Shown: positions 1-10,754 of the stretch, one piece after another | Position numbering within the stretch: position 1 is the stretch's first letter | How the letters are laid out: the number at the start of each line of letters is the position of its first letter | Source: Malassezia furfur | Lineage: Eukaryota | Assembly: GCA_052055015.1 (NCBI GenBank) | Contig: JBQJIT010000067.1 | Direction: 5' to 3' (one strand) | Length of the DNA: 36,152 nt | Translations under genes and position numbers: made by a program | Notes under the pieces: model-generated | Databases searched by the model: none | What the model was told of the DNA's origin: nothing | What the model saw: only the letters and a program-made list of their open reading frames with translations

Positions 1-1630
1 GCTCCTTGCGCTCCTTGCGCTCCGGCGCCGCCTTGCGCCCGAGCGGCTCGAGCGTTGGCACCACGTGGGTGTTTTTGATCGTGCGGCCGCGGCACGCCAG
101 CGCCGCTTGGGCCGCAGCGGGCGTCGCAAACACGACGTGCACAAAGGTGCGCAGGCGGCCCTCGTCCTTGTCGCGGCGCCCGCTGCGTTCCGCAGGGAAG
201 AAGTGCACGTGGGTGACGTGCTCGGCGTGCTCGCCAAAGTAGGCGCGCACGTCGGCCTCGGTCAGCGGGAACGCGTCGCCCATGTGCCCGAGGAACAGCG
301 TGGCGTCCTGCTGCGCGCTCGGCGCCGCCGGCGCCCCGCTGCCATCCGCGCGGGGGAGCGCCACGTGGGTCGGAGGCGCCGCTGCCGCCGGCTTGGCGAG
401 GCGCGACGCGAAGCTCATGCCCTGCGCGCGGGTCTCGGTGGCGATGCGCGCCTGATGCACGTCGAACACCAGTGTGGCGAGAGGCGCGTCGGGCAGGTTG
501 AAGAACCACAGGTTCTTCCACGCGCTCTCTTCGCGCCCACCGGCCACAAACGGCTGGGGGACGTGCAGCGCGACGTGCAGCGCATGGTCGAGCAGCGGGC
601 GCTGCGACGGGTCGACCGCCAGCTCCACCTGTGCCTTGACCGCGTCCCACACCTCCTGGAACTGCGTGCGCGCCGCCAAGAGCTTTTCGCGGAAGGCGTC
701 CAGCGAGGCATGCACGCCAAACTCGTTGTACGCGGACACCTCGCGCAGGTGCAGCGCGCCGCTAACCACATAGTCGGCACGTACCGCGTGCGCCAGCTGC
801 GCCAGCAGGCCCTCACGCCCGGGCGCACCGTGCGTCACCAGCACACGCACCTCGCTTGGGTCGTACGCTTGCTGCGCGCTCTCGACCAACGCGCCGAGCT
901 GCAGCATCGTGACCCACGTCGCGCCCTGCGCACCGCCCATGGTCGTCGTTGCGGCGCCGTGGTCAAACAGCTTGTGCAGCACCACCGCGCCACCGAGGCC
1001 CAGCAGACGCAGGCGCAGCCCACCGATGTCGAGCGCGTGCGTCGTCGTCTCGTCCAACACGTGCAGGTTCGGCACGCGGTACTCGCCGGAGCGCAGGCGC
1101 TCAAGCACCTGCACGTCCTCGCACGCGCCCCACACGGTGAACACGGGCACCTGCAGCGTGAGGGCGTGCGTGAGCAGCTTGGGGAACTCGGAGAGCACCG
1201 CCTCGCCGTTTGCCACCACGCCCTGGCGCAGCGCGTCACCGCCCTGCGTGTCGAGCAGGAGCGAGCGCAGCTTGGGCGTGAGCAGCGGCGAGTACTGCAC
1301 GACATGGCGCAGCACACGGTCGCTCAGGCGCGGCAGCGAATCGCTCGCGAAGAAGCCAAAGTCGCCCGTGTGCACGATCGCCTTCGCCTTGCACTCGGCC
1401 GCAATCTGGTTCAGTAGACGCACGTTGCCGCGAATGTCGGACACAAACGCGATGCGGCCGTGCGGGCCCTGCACGACGTGCACGTTGCCCGCCCGCCCGG
1501 AGGCGGCCGCCAGAGCGCAGTGTGCGTCCGCGCCAGGCGCAGCGTCCGCGCGCGGCGCTCCAGGCGCACCGCGCACCGTATTCACTTTCTTATTCGCACC
1601 GTACGAGCGTGGATGAGGTCCTACTTCCAT
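1..1630 (-). CDS. DUF2433-type calcineurin-like (metallophosphoesterase-fold) protein with C-terminal RRM-like domain; 3' end runs off the window
   Basis: Open minus-strand frame from ATG at 1630 to the window edge, absent from the ORF track because it has no stop in the window. Manual translation gives MEVGPHPRSY...HGRIAFVSDIRGNVRLLNQIAAECKAKAIVHTGDFGFFASDSLPRLSDRVLRHVVQYSPLL...VPVFTVWGACEDV, which matches my recollection of the conserved fungal DUF2433 family. Near the 3' edge, TLFLGHMG...EADVRAYFG...TFVHVVFATPAAAQAAL resembles RRM RNP2/RNP1 motifs. Confidence 0.75.
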   Translation of the reverse strand, partial: MEVGPHPRSYGANKKVNTVRGAPGAPRADAAPGADAHCALAAASGRAGNVHVVQGPHGRIAFVSDIRGNVRLLNQIAAECKAKAIVHTGDFGFFASDSLPRLSDRVLRHVVQYSPLLTPKLRSLLLDTQGGDALRQGVVANGEAVLSEFPKLLTHALTLQVPVFTVWGACEDVQVLERLRSGEYRVPNLHVLDETTTHALDIGGLRLRLLGLGGAVVLHKLFDHGAATTTMGGAQGATWVTMLQLGALVESAQQAYDPSEVRVLVTHGAPGREGLLAQLAHAVRADYVVSGALHLREVSAYNEFGVHASLDAFREKLLAARTQFQEVWDAVKAQVELAVDPSQRPLLDHALHVALHVPQPFVAGGREESAWKNLWFFNLPDAPLATLVFDVHQARIATETRAQGMSFASRLAKPAAAAPPTHVALPRADGSGAPAAPSAQQDATLFLGHMGDAFPLTEADVRAYFGEHAEHVTHVHFFPAERSGRRDKDEGRLRTFVHVVFATPAAAQAALACRGRTIKNTHVVPTLEPLGRKAAPERKERKE

Positions 1631-1694
1631 CCCGTTGCTGGTCCGGATGCCACACACCAAGTACGTCGTCCAACAAAGGCGGACTGTCTGGCGG

Positions 1695-1736
1695 TGAAAA
1701 TTGCGCCGCGCACGCGGCTCGGCCGCCGGTCACGTG
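1695..1736. promoter_or_regulatory. Bidirectional promoter elements: TGAAAATT (RRPE-like) and GTCACGTG (Cbf1/bHLH E-box)
   Basis: Both lie in the 146-bp gap between divergent ATGs at 1630 and 1777. These are motif matches only, with no functional evidence. Confidence 0.45.
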
Positions 1737-1776
1737 GCACGCACCGCGAAGCGCCGCTGACGCCTCCCTCGCCACG

Positions 1777-4700
1777 ATGGGGAAGAAAAAGGGCGCGCGC
1801 AAGGACGAGGAGGACCCGTTCGCCGACCTCGGCGAGGACGTAGCACAGAACAACGTCGAGGCGCCCGCGGAGGAGGGCGCGGATGGTGCGCTGGCGCCTG
1901 ATGCTCCGTCCGCGGACGCGGACGCACCCGCCGCGAAGGACGACGCGCCCGCCGACAACGACGAAGTCGAGACGCCCAGGGTACGTACCTCGCCCCCGGC
2001 GCGCGCGACTCACACACAGCTCTTGACCAAGAAGGAAAAGGAACGCCTCAAAAAGGAAAAGGAAAAGGTGCGTACGCGCCGCCCGGCTGACGCAGGCGAA
2101 AAAGAAGGCCCAGGCCGAAAAGAAAAAGGCCCAGGCTGCTCAGGACGCGCCCAAGGAGGAGACGCCCAAGGAGGAGACGCCCAAGCCCGATGCCGACGAG
2201 GGCAAAGATGACGACGAGAGCGATAATGAGGGCGGCGCGTCGGCAGCCGACAAGAAGAAGAAGAAGAAAAAGAAGAAGCCCGCCGCAGAGCCGGCGCCGG
2301 CCGCCAAGAAGCCGCCGTCGGCCGCTGTCGCGGCACTGCAGGCCCGCATCGCCGCACAAAAGAAGGCCGAGGAGGAGGCCCGTGCCCGCGAGGAGGAAGC
2401 GCGGCGCAAGATCGAGGAAGAGGAGCGCCGCGAGCGCGAAGAGGAGGAGCGCAAGGAGCAGGAGCGCCAGCGCCGCAAGGAGAAGGAGCGTGCGAAGCGC
2501 GAGCAACTCAAGAAAGAGGGCAAACTGCTCACGCCCAAGCAGCGCGCCGAGCTCAAGGCCGCCGAGGCACGCAAGGCTGCCCTGCTCGCCTCGAACAACA
2601 TCTCGGTGGCCGGTATGCAGCAGGAGCCGAGCGGCGGCGAAAAGCCCAAGAGCCGTGTTGCGTACGACCGCAAGAAGAAGAAGCACGACGCTAAGCCCAA
2701 GGAGGCTGCGCCCGCGCCCGCGCCCGAGCCTGAGCCTGTGCCGCAGGCCACGCCGGAGGAGCCCGCCAAGGAGGCACCAGTCGAGCAGGCTGACGAAGCC
2801 GACGGCGTCAAGGACGACTGGGATGCAGAGTCGGAGGACGATGGCGTGAAGGACGACTGGGATGCACCCTCCGAAGACGAGGCGCCCCCGGCAAAACCCG
2901 CAGCCGAGGCACCCAAGGCGCCGGCCGCGTCCAAGGCGCCGGCCAAGGCAGCGGCTGAGTCCGAAGACGACTCTGACAACGACTCCGACGACGACTCCGA
3001 CGATGACTCCGATACCTCTTCCGAGGACGAGCAGCTCACCAGCGCGCAAAAGCAGGTGCAGGCGCGGCGCGATGCGGCCGAACGTCGTCTGCACGAGGAG
3101 CACGAAAAGGCGCTGGCGGAGCGTAGCAAGGACAACCTGCGCAGCCCCATCTGCTGTATTCTGGGCCACGTCGATACCGGTAAGACGAAGCTGCTCGACA
3201 AGGTGCGGCAGACCAACGTGCAGGACGGTGAGGCGGGTGGCATTACGCAGCAAATCGGTGCGACCTACTTCCCGATCGACGCGCTCAAGGAAAAGACGCG
3301 CGTGTTGGACGACGCTTCGTTCGAGTACAAGGTGCCTGGTCTGCTGATCATCGACACGCCCGGCCACGAGTCGTTCACGAACCTGCGCTCGCGTGGTAGC
3401 TCGCTGTGCAACATTGCGATTCTCGTGGTGGACATCATGCACGGCCTGGAGCAACAGACACTCGAGAGCATGCGCCTGCTGCGCGACCGCAAGACGCCGT
3501 TCATCGTGGCGCTGAACAAGGTGGATCGTCTGTACGACTGGAAGGCGACGCCCAACAATGCGTTCCAAAAGTCGCTCGCGCAACAAAACGTCGGCACGCG
3601 CAACGAATTTGATGAGCGTGTCCAAAAGACCATTCTGGCGTTCGCCGAGCAGGGCCTGAACGCGGAGCTGTACTACAAGAACAAGAACATGGGTCGCTAT
3701 GTGTCGCTGGTGCCCACGAGCGCCATCACGGGCGAGGGCATCCCCGATTTGCTCCAGCTGCTCGTGTCGCTGACGCAGACGCGCATGACCAACGACCTGA
3801 TGTACCTTTCCGAGCTGGAGTGCACCGTGCTCGAGGTTAAGGTCATCGAGGGTCTCGGCACCACGATCGACGTCGTACTCTCCAACGGCATCTTGCGTGA
3901 GGGCGACAAGATCGTCGTGTGCGGTCTCAACGGCCCGATCGTGACGCAGGTCCGTGCGCTGCTCACGCCGCAACCGATGAAGGAGATGCGCATCAAGGGC
4001 TCCTATGTCCACCACAAGGAGGTCAAGGCCGCGCTCGGTGTCAAGATCACCGCGCCGGACCTTGACAAGGCCGTCGCCGGCTCGCGCTTGCTGGTGTGCA
4101 AGAACGACGATGAGGAAGAGGTGCTGAAGGAGGAGGTGATGAGCGACCTCACCTCGCTGCTCAACTCGGTCGACAAGTCGGGCCGCGGCGTGTGCGTGCA
4201 GGCCTCGACACTCGGCTCGCTCGAGGCGCTTCTCGAGTTCCTCAAGCAGAGCAAGATCCCAGTGTCGGGCGTCAACATTGGGCCCGTGTATAAGAAGGAC
4301 GTGATGCGCTGCGCCACGATGCTCGAGAAGGCCAAGGAACTCGCATGCATTTTGTGCTTTGACGTGCCTGTCGACAAGGAGGCCGAGCGCCTCGCCGACG
4401 AGCTCGGCATCAAGCTCTTCACCGCCGACATCATCTACCACCTGTTTGACAGCTTCATGGCGTACAAGGCGGAGATCACCGAGAACCAGAAGCGCGAGGC
4501 GGCCTCGACCGCTGTGTGGCCGTGCCGCCTGCGCACCATCACGGCGTTCGCCAAGCGTGACCCCATTATCCTCGGGTGCGACATTCTCGACGGCTCGCTC
4601 CGTGTCGGCACGCCGTTGTGTGTCGTCAAGACCGACCCGACCACGCGCAAGCGCGAGGTGATCAACATCGGCCGCGTCACCTCGCTTGAGATCAACCACA

Positions 4701-4936
4701 AGGCCAAGGATGTCGTGCTCAAGAAGGACGTCGGCGCAGGCGTCGCCGTGCGCATCGAGCCGGGCCTTAACGACGCGCCCAAGATGTTCGGCCGGCACCT
4801 CGACGAGAAGGACGAGATTTACTCGTTGATCAGCCGCGCATCCATCGACGCACTCAAGGCGCATTTCTGGGAGGGCGTGTCCATCGAGGAAAAGCGCCTC
4901 ATCAAGAATCTCAAGACGCTCCTCGACATTCCGTAG
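1777..4936 (+). CDS. FUN12: Translation initiation factor eIF5B (IF2 homolog)
   Basis: GTPase motifs [31 protein letters not shown] and ALNKVD follow a charged N-terminal region. ATG at 1777 (MGKKKGAR). Introns are 1981-2019 (39 nt, GTACGT..CTCAC..CAG) and 2068-2095 (28 nt, GTGCGT..CTGAC..CAG); removing them joins exon 1 in frame to ORF 2606-4936. Confidence 0.96.
2801..2866 (+). repeat. Short coding duplication (DGVKDDWDA x2) in the eIF5B N-terminal region
   Basis: gacggcgtcaaggacgactgggatgca (2801-2827) and gatggcgtgaaggacgactgggatgca (2840-2866). A separate 15-bp tandem unit (PKEET x2) lies at about 2150-2185. Confidence 0.7.
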
Positions 4937-5119
4937 GCAGCGTAGCGAGTGGAGGGCGCCGCGTCCACCGTGCGCGCCCGACGCGGGGGACTCTGCTTCA
5001 GCTTAGTCATTGTGCAGCCGATAACGGCGGAAAGGCCGCCGCGGGGGGTGTGAGTCAGACGCGAGGCGCATCCTTCGCTCCGTACGCATCTAGGTCGCTT
5101 TTTTTTCATTCGCACCTGG

Positions 5120-8100
5120 ATGTGGAAGCTCCAACGCCATGCTGCAACAGGACTCTTGTCCAGCACACCAGCCCGCACCTGCGCCCCGGTGCACGCCGTA
5201 AATCGCGCGGCGTGCGCCGTGCGCCGATCGGCGCCGGCCGCCGTGCGGCACTACGCGCCGGCCGCGACGCACCCGCCTGCGGCCGCCGTTGCGAACGAGG
5301 GGCTGGAGCGATGGCGCAAGTTCCTTCCCGAGGCCCCCAAGGCCGATGTCAAAAAGGTGCTCCTCGTCGGCTCGGGTGGTTTGAGCATCGGCCAGGCGGG
5401 CGAGTTTGACTACAGCGGGTCACAGGCGATCAAGGCCCTCCGCGAGAGTGGCATCGAGACGGTGCTGATCAACCCCAACATCGCCACGATCCAGACCTCG
5501 CACCAGCTCGCGTCGCAGATCTACTTCCTGCCGATCTCGCCCGACTACGTCGCGTACGTCCTGGAGAAAGAGCGCCCGGACGGCGTCTTTTTGACATTCG
5601 GTGGGCAGAGCGCGCTCAACGTCGGCGTCAAGCTCGACGAGATGGGCGTCTTTGAGCGGCTCGGTGTCCAGGTGCTCGGGTCGCAGGTCGACGTGCTGCG
5701 CATGTGCGAGGACCGCGACCTGTTCGTGCAGGCGCTGGACGAAATCAACGTCCCAGTCGCGCGCAGCGAGGCCGTGTCGACCGTGCCTGAGGCACTGCGC
5801 GCCGCAAGCGAGATTGGGTACCCCGTGATTGTGCGCGCGGCGTACGCGCTGGGTGGTCTGGGTTCAGGCTTTGCCGACAACGAGGACGAGCTGCGTGACC
5901 TGAGCGCCCGCTCGCTTAGTCTCAGCCCACAGATCCTGGTCGAAAAGAGTCTGCGCGGCTGGAAGGAGAGCGAGTACGAGGTGCTGCGCGACCAGCAGGA
6001 CAACGCACTGATCTGCTGCAACATGGAAAACTTTGACCCGCTCGGCATCCACACCGGTGACTCGATCGTCGTTGCACCCTCGCAGACACTCTCGGACGAC
6101 AACTACCACATGCTCCGCACCGCCGCACTCAAGGTTATCCGGCACCTCGGCATCGTCGGCGAGTGCAACATCCAGTACGCGCTCAGCCCGGACAGCCGTG
6201 AGTACCGCGTGATCGAGGTGAACCCCCGTCTGAGCCGCTCGAGTGCGCTGGCCTCCAAGGCAACCGGCTACCCGTTGGCCTACACCGCTGCCAAGCTTGC
6301 GCTAGGCCACACGCTCGCTGAACTGCCCAACGCGGTGACCAAGACGACCACGGCGTGCTTTGAGCCGTCACTGGACTACATTGTGACCAAGATCCCCAAG
6401 TGGGACCTGTCCAAGTTCCAGCACGTCAACCGTCAGACAGGCTCCAGCATGAAGTCGGTCGGCGAGGTGATGGCGATCGGTCGCACGTTTGAAGAATCGC
6501 TACAAAAGGCGGTGCGCCAGATCGCGCCCAACTACGACGGCTTTGACGTGTATGCCCGCCCCGAGGACCTCGATCATGCGCTCTCCGTCCCGACCGACAC
6601 ACGCCTGTTTGCAATTGCCTACGCGATGCTCGAGAAGGACTACGATGTGGAGCGCCTGCACGAGCTCACCAAGATCGACCGCTGGTTCTTGTTCAAGCTG
6701 GAAAACATTGTGTCGACGCACAAGGCGCTGCAGGCCGCAGGCGCCTTGCAGAACGTCGACGAGGAGCTGCTGCGGACCGCCAAGCAGCGCGGCTTTTCCG
6801 ACTTCCAGATCGCCAAGCTGACCAACTCCACCGAACCCGAGGTGCGCAAGCTGCGCAAGTCACTCGGCATCCACCCGTGGGTGAAGCGGATCGACACGGT
6901 CGCTGCCGAGTACCCTGCACAGACCAACTACCTGTACACGACCTACAATGCCGCTGCGCACGACGTCGAATTTGACGAGCACGGCATCATGGTGCTCGGC
7001 TCGGGTGTATACCGCATCGGCTCCTCGGTCGAGTTCGACTGGTGTGCAGTGACGTGTGTGCGCCGCATCAAGGACATGGGCCACAAGACTATCATGATCA
7101 ACTACAACCCAGAGACGGTCTCGACGGACTACGACGAGGCGAACCGCCTCTACTTCGAGGAGCTCAGCTTCGAGCGTGTGATGGATATTTACGAGCTGGA
7201 GGGTGCGTCGGGCGCCGTCGTGTCGGTGGGTGGCCAGCTGCCGCAAAACATCGCGCTGCGCCTCAAGAACGCCGAGGTGAACGTCCTTGGAACCGATCCG
7301 GTCAAGATCGACTCTGCCGAAGACCGCCACAAGTTTTCGTCGATCCTCGACTCCATTGGCGTCGATCAGCCCGACTGGGTTGAAGTGACCGACGTTGCCA
7401 AGGCCAAGGAGTTTGCGAACCGCGTCTCCTACCCGGTCCTCGTGCGCCCGAGCTACGTCTTGTCGGGTGCCGCGATGAACGTCATTTGGGACGAGTCCAC
7501 GCTCGAACACAACCTCACGGCCGCCGCCGAGGTGAACACGGACTATCCCGTGGTGCTCACCAAGTTTATTCCGAATGCGCAGGAGATCGACGTCGATGCT
7601 GTGGCGCACAAGGGCGAGCTCATCGTGCACGCTGTCTCGCAGCACGTCGAGAATGCCGGTGTGCACTCGGGTGATGCCACGCTAGTCCTCCCGCCCTTCT
7701 CAGTGAGCGACACCGACATGGCCCGCATCAAGGACATTGCCGCGCGTGTGGGCAAGGCGTTCGATATCAGTGGACCGTTCAACATGCAGATCATCCGCAA
7801 GGAGTACCCGGACCGCGAATCGGACCTCAAGGTGATCGAGTGCAACCTCCGTGCGAGTCGCTCGTTCCCCTTCGTGAGCAAGGTGCTCGGCGTCAATTTC
7901 ATCGACATCGCGACGTGTGCCATCATGGACAAGGACGTGCCGCCGCCGGCCGACCTCATGGCCGAGAAGCGCGACTATGTCGCGATCAAAGTGCCCCAGT
8001 TCTCCTGGACACGTCTGGCCGGAGCTGACCCGTATTTGGGCGTGGAGATGGCGAGCACAGGCGAGGTCGCTTCGTTCGGCAACGACCTGCACGAGGCGTA

Positions 8101-8625
8101 CTGGGCATCACTGGCGTCTACGACGGGCTTCCGCGTGCCGCAGGCGAACAAGGGAGTGCTGCTCGGTGGTGATGTATCGCAGCCCGAGCTGGCAACGATC
8201 GCCCGTAAGCTGTACAACCTTGGATTCAAGCTGTACTGCTCTAACAGCCACGTGGAAGAGGTCCTCAACGAGATTCCGCACGTTTCGGTGCAGCGTATCT
8301 GGTTCCCGCTGAAGGACAAGCGGAAACTGCGCGAGGTGTTTGACGACTACGAAATCCAGTTTGTGATCAACCTTGCCCCCTACCGTGCCAAGGACACTGT
8401 GGATGAGAACTACGTTGCCCGTCGCAACGCGGTCGACTTCGGGTACGTATACACTTATGGACTAACCACAGATTGCCGCTCTTTAACGAGCCTCGGACGG
8501 CACTTCTGTTTGTGGAGACCCTGGAGAAGAGGATGCCTTTGGGCTGCCTCCTCCACTACGAGGAAGAGAACATTCCGTCGGAGGTTCGCGCATGGCGCGA
8601 GTTTGTCCCTGACTCAACGCACTAA
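5120..8625 (+). CDS. CPA2: Carbamoyl-phosphate synthase, arginine-specific, large chain (mitochondrial presequence)
   Basis: Motifs KKVLLVGSGGLSIGQAGEFDYSGSQAIKAL, CNMENFDPLGIHTGDS, IEVNPRLSRSSALASKATGYP and NPETVSTDYD. The Arg/Ala-rich N-terminus resembles a mitochondrial targeting peptide. Intron 8443-8471 (29 nt, GTACGT..GACTAAC..CAG) restores the conserved RRNAVDFGLPLFNEPRTA and gives stop TAA at 8623-8625, so the ORF-track tail to 8695 is an unspliced artefact. Confidence 0.95.
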
Positions 8626-8764
8626 GCGAATAGGACAGAAACAAAGGAAAAAGAAAAGAGGTATATTTAGCGTCGATCTGGATGGACAGTTGTGACGTAG
8701 CCCGTCTCGAGATATTGGGTTAGGTCACAGAAGCTGACCAAAAAATTAAAGTGCCAAAAGAATG

Positions 8765-8844
8765 TGGAGAATGTGGGAATTGAACCCACGGCCTCATGCA
8801 TTCACAAGTGCTAAGCAAGCGCTCTACCACTGAGCTAATTCCCC
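8765..8844 (-). tRNA. tRNA-Ala(AGC) with 8-nt intron
   Basis: Minus strand reads GGGGAAT TA GCTC AGTGGTA GAGC G CTTGC TTAGCA [CTTGTGAA] T GCATG AGGCC GTGGG TTCAATT CCCAC ATTCTCC A. This forms a cloverleaf with the G3:U70 alanine identity pair and a TTCAA T-loop. The intron (8801-8808) is at the canonical 37/38 position, and T-runs downstream fit a Pol III terminator. Confidence 0.93.
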
Positions 8845-9009
8845 AGCTGCTGATCATCTCAAAGGTAAATATGTTGATAAACGGTTGCATCGTCCCCCGC
8901 TATCGTGCACGGGGCTCTATGCTTGGCATGTCCGCATGTCAACCAAATTCTAAAGGAAAACATCGCATACTTGGGGGAATGCGTAATAGAGTAAAACGAA
9001 GGAAGAACA

Positions 9010-10656
9010 TTATATAGAGACAAGCTTGGTGCCTTGCCGATCATTTCGTGTATGTTCGATGTCATCTGACAGGTTAGTTGTTCACGTACCGACAATGTCC
9101 TTGAAACACCATTCCACAGCATCAGCTGCCCAGTAGTGATCGCAATGCTCTGCCTCTGGCTGGATCTTTACTCGCAACAAATTCACAGTCGGCTCATGTT
9201 TGCGAATGTGCTCCACTAGAGGCTCGGTAAGCACAAGGCGGTCTCGGCCACCGCCGTAAAGGGCCAGTGGTGGGAAGTGCTCCTCAAACCACTGCTGGTC
9301 TGGCTCAAAGAGCGAGCCACGCGTCACAAAACTGTCTTTCCCACCCCACCAGAACATGGCCTCGGACGAGACAGGCTGCGGCGTGAACCGGAACATTTTA
9401 GGTTTGCGCCGGGCAAGCCAATTAGTGTCGTTCCACTCAAATAGGAAGGCTGAATTAGCATGATTCACGCGTACCAAACATCTGGTAACCAAGTGCTGCG
9501 TACGGCATAGCCGGCGTCCAATCGTACGAAACTGAAATGAGACTCAAAACGTACACTTCATCAGCGGAATGAAGTCCAGCACGCCGAATAAGCGACGCCA
9601 CGTCGGCCAGTCAAGCTTGCACATGTAACTCAATGGGAAGCACTTGGTCAGCGGCCCCGCAAACGCTGCCGGTGCCAGTGCGGCAAAGTACGAAAGCTTA
9701 GTCCCCAGCTCAGGCGCAAACCAGCGGGAGAGGGCAATGAACGCGGTCGCGTTACCCTGGGAGTGCCCGATAAAGGCAATCTTCTCGTACCCGGTACGCC
9801 GACGAACGTAGTCGACCATCGCAGGAAGGTCGTACAAAGCGAGGTCGCGGATGTTGTAGTCCCAGAACTCGGGCGCATACCTGCTGAACCGCCGGTGCCC
9901 CATGTCGTAGACTGCACGGTTGTTCCCCAGATATACCTGATAGCCCTGCGCTGCGAGCCAAAAGGCAAGGCTGCGTTCCTCCGAGGTGATGAACGAGCCT
10001 GAGGACTGAAACAGGCCATGCAGAATCAGGATAGGATAGCCCTTGCCTGGTCCACGGCGCATCTGCTCGGTGTCGTTGCAAATGACGCGGTGCATGCGCA
10101 GATAATAGCCATCCTTGGTCTCGACCTGCTCGTTGGCAAGGTCAAAGCCGCAGCTGCGCGCATAGTATTGCGGGTCTTTGACGAGCTTTTCGCCTTTCCA
10201 GCGTCCGTGGCAGTCCCAGCTGCGCAGAGGCGTTCCCTTGAGACGAATGAGACGCGGAATAAGACCCAGGGAACGATGCATCAGACCGATGCACACCACC
10301 AACAACAGGATCACGGATGAAAGGATGACTGCCAGCGTCTGCGAGAGCCAAAACCGGGGATTGCGGAGAATGTCGGGGCGCTCGTTGCCAGGTATGTGTC
10401 GCTGAACTAGCGTGGTATTCTCTGGAGTGAGACGATCACACGCACCATCAAAGTTGTTGTCGACGTGAGTATACAGAGACATGTTGCGGGCGGCGACGTC
10501 TTCGACATGGTCGACGTTCACCGTACGCATGCTCAGGGAAGAGTTCGGACGTGATACGACGTCGCGGCCCACCTTTTCGACCTGCATGTACGACGGAATT
10601 GCGGCCGTGCCGTTAACAGGCGGCCGCTTGGACGAGGTCGAGCCTTGCGGCGACAT
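9010..10656 (-). CDS. AB-hydrolase lipase / steryl ester hydrolase (TGL1/YEH-like) with N-terminal transmembrane anchor
   Basis: Motifs VETKDGYYLRMHRV, PILILHGLFQSS, VYLGNNR, ALYDLPAMVDY and nucleophile elbow GHSQG. Three introns, 9532-9554 (23 nt), 9450-9474 (25 nt) and 9066-9089 (24 nt), join ORFs 9544-10656 and 9082-9492 into ...FIPLMKFSYDWTPAMPYAALGYQMFAFLFEWNDTNW...DIVDDIEHTRNDRQGTKLVSI*. The stop is at 9010-9012. Confidence 0.88.
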
Positions 10657-10754
10657 GCTGCCTCCGGATTAGGGCGCGTGTTGTTAAGAACACGCGATGG
10701 GGTAAACCCTATTTCATGCGCCGAGCCAGGGATCGATCGGGCGCTATCAGGAGA

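Noticed and set aside
2048..4864. 938-aa antisense ORF opposite eIF5B (similarly 65-1417 +, 6860-7666 -, 29778-30806 +, 30967-32835 +, 19307-20470 +, 22584-23798 +)
   Set aside because: These are shadow ORFs. Strong GC3 codon bias in the real genes removes stop codons on the opposite strand, and the translations have no recognisable motifs.
4937..5119. Arginine attenuator peptide uORF upstream of the CPS gene
   Set aside because: There is no matching uORF here, and the attenuator is known from the small-subunit gene (CPA1/arg-2), not the large chain.
8626..9010. AT-richer stretch as a possible centromere or horizontally acquired island
   Set aside because: It is too short and only mildly AT-rich, and is explained by 3' UTRs and tRNA flanks; there are no mobile-element hallmarks.
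9544..9560. Apparent frameshifts or premature stops in lipase, Rictor, PDI-like, VOA1-like, COA1 and NDUFAF7 genes, suggesting pseudogenes or programmed frameshifting
   Set aside because: Each break coincides with a GT…CTNAY…YAG segment whose removal restores the frame and conserved residues, so they are introns.
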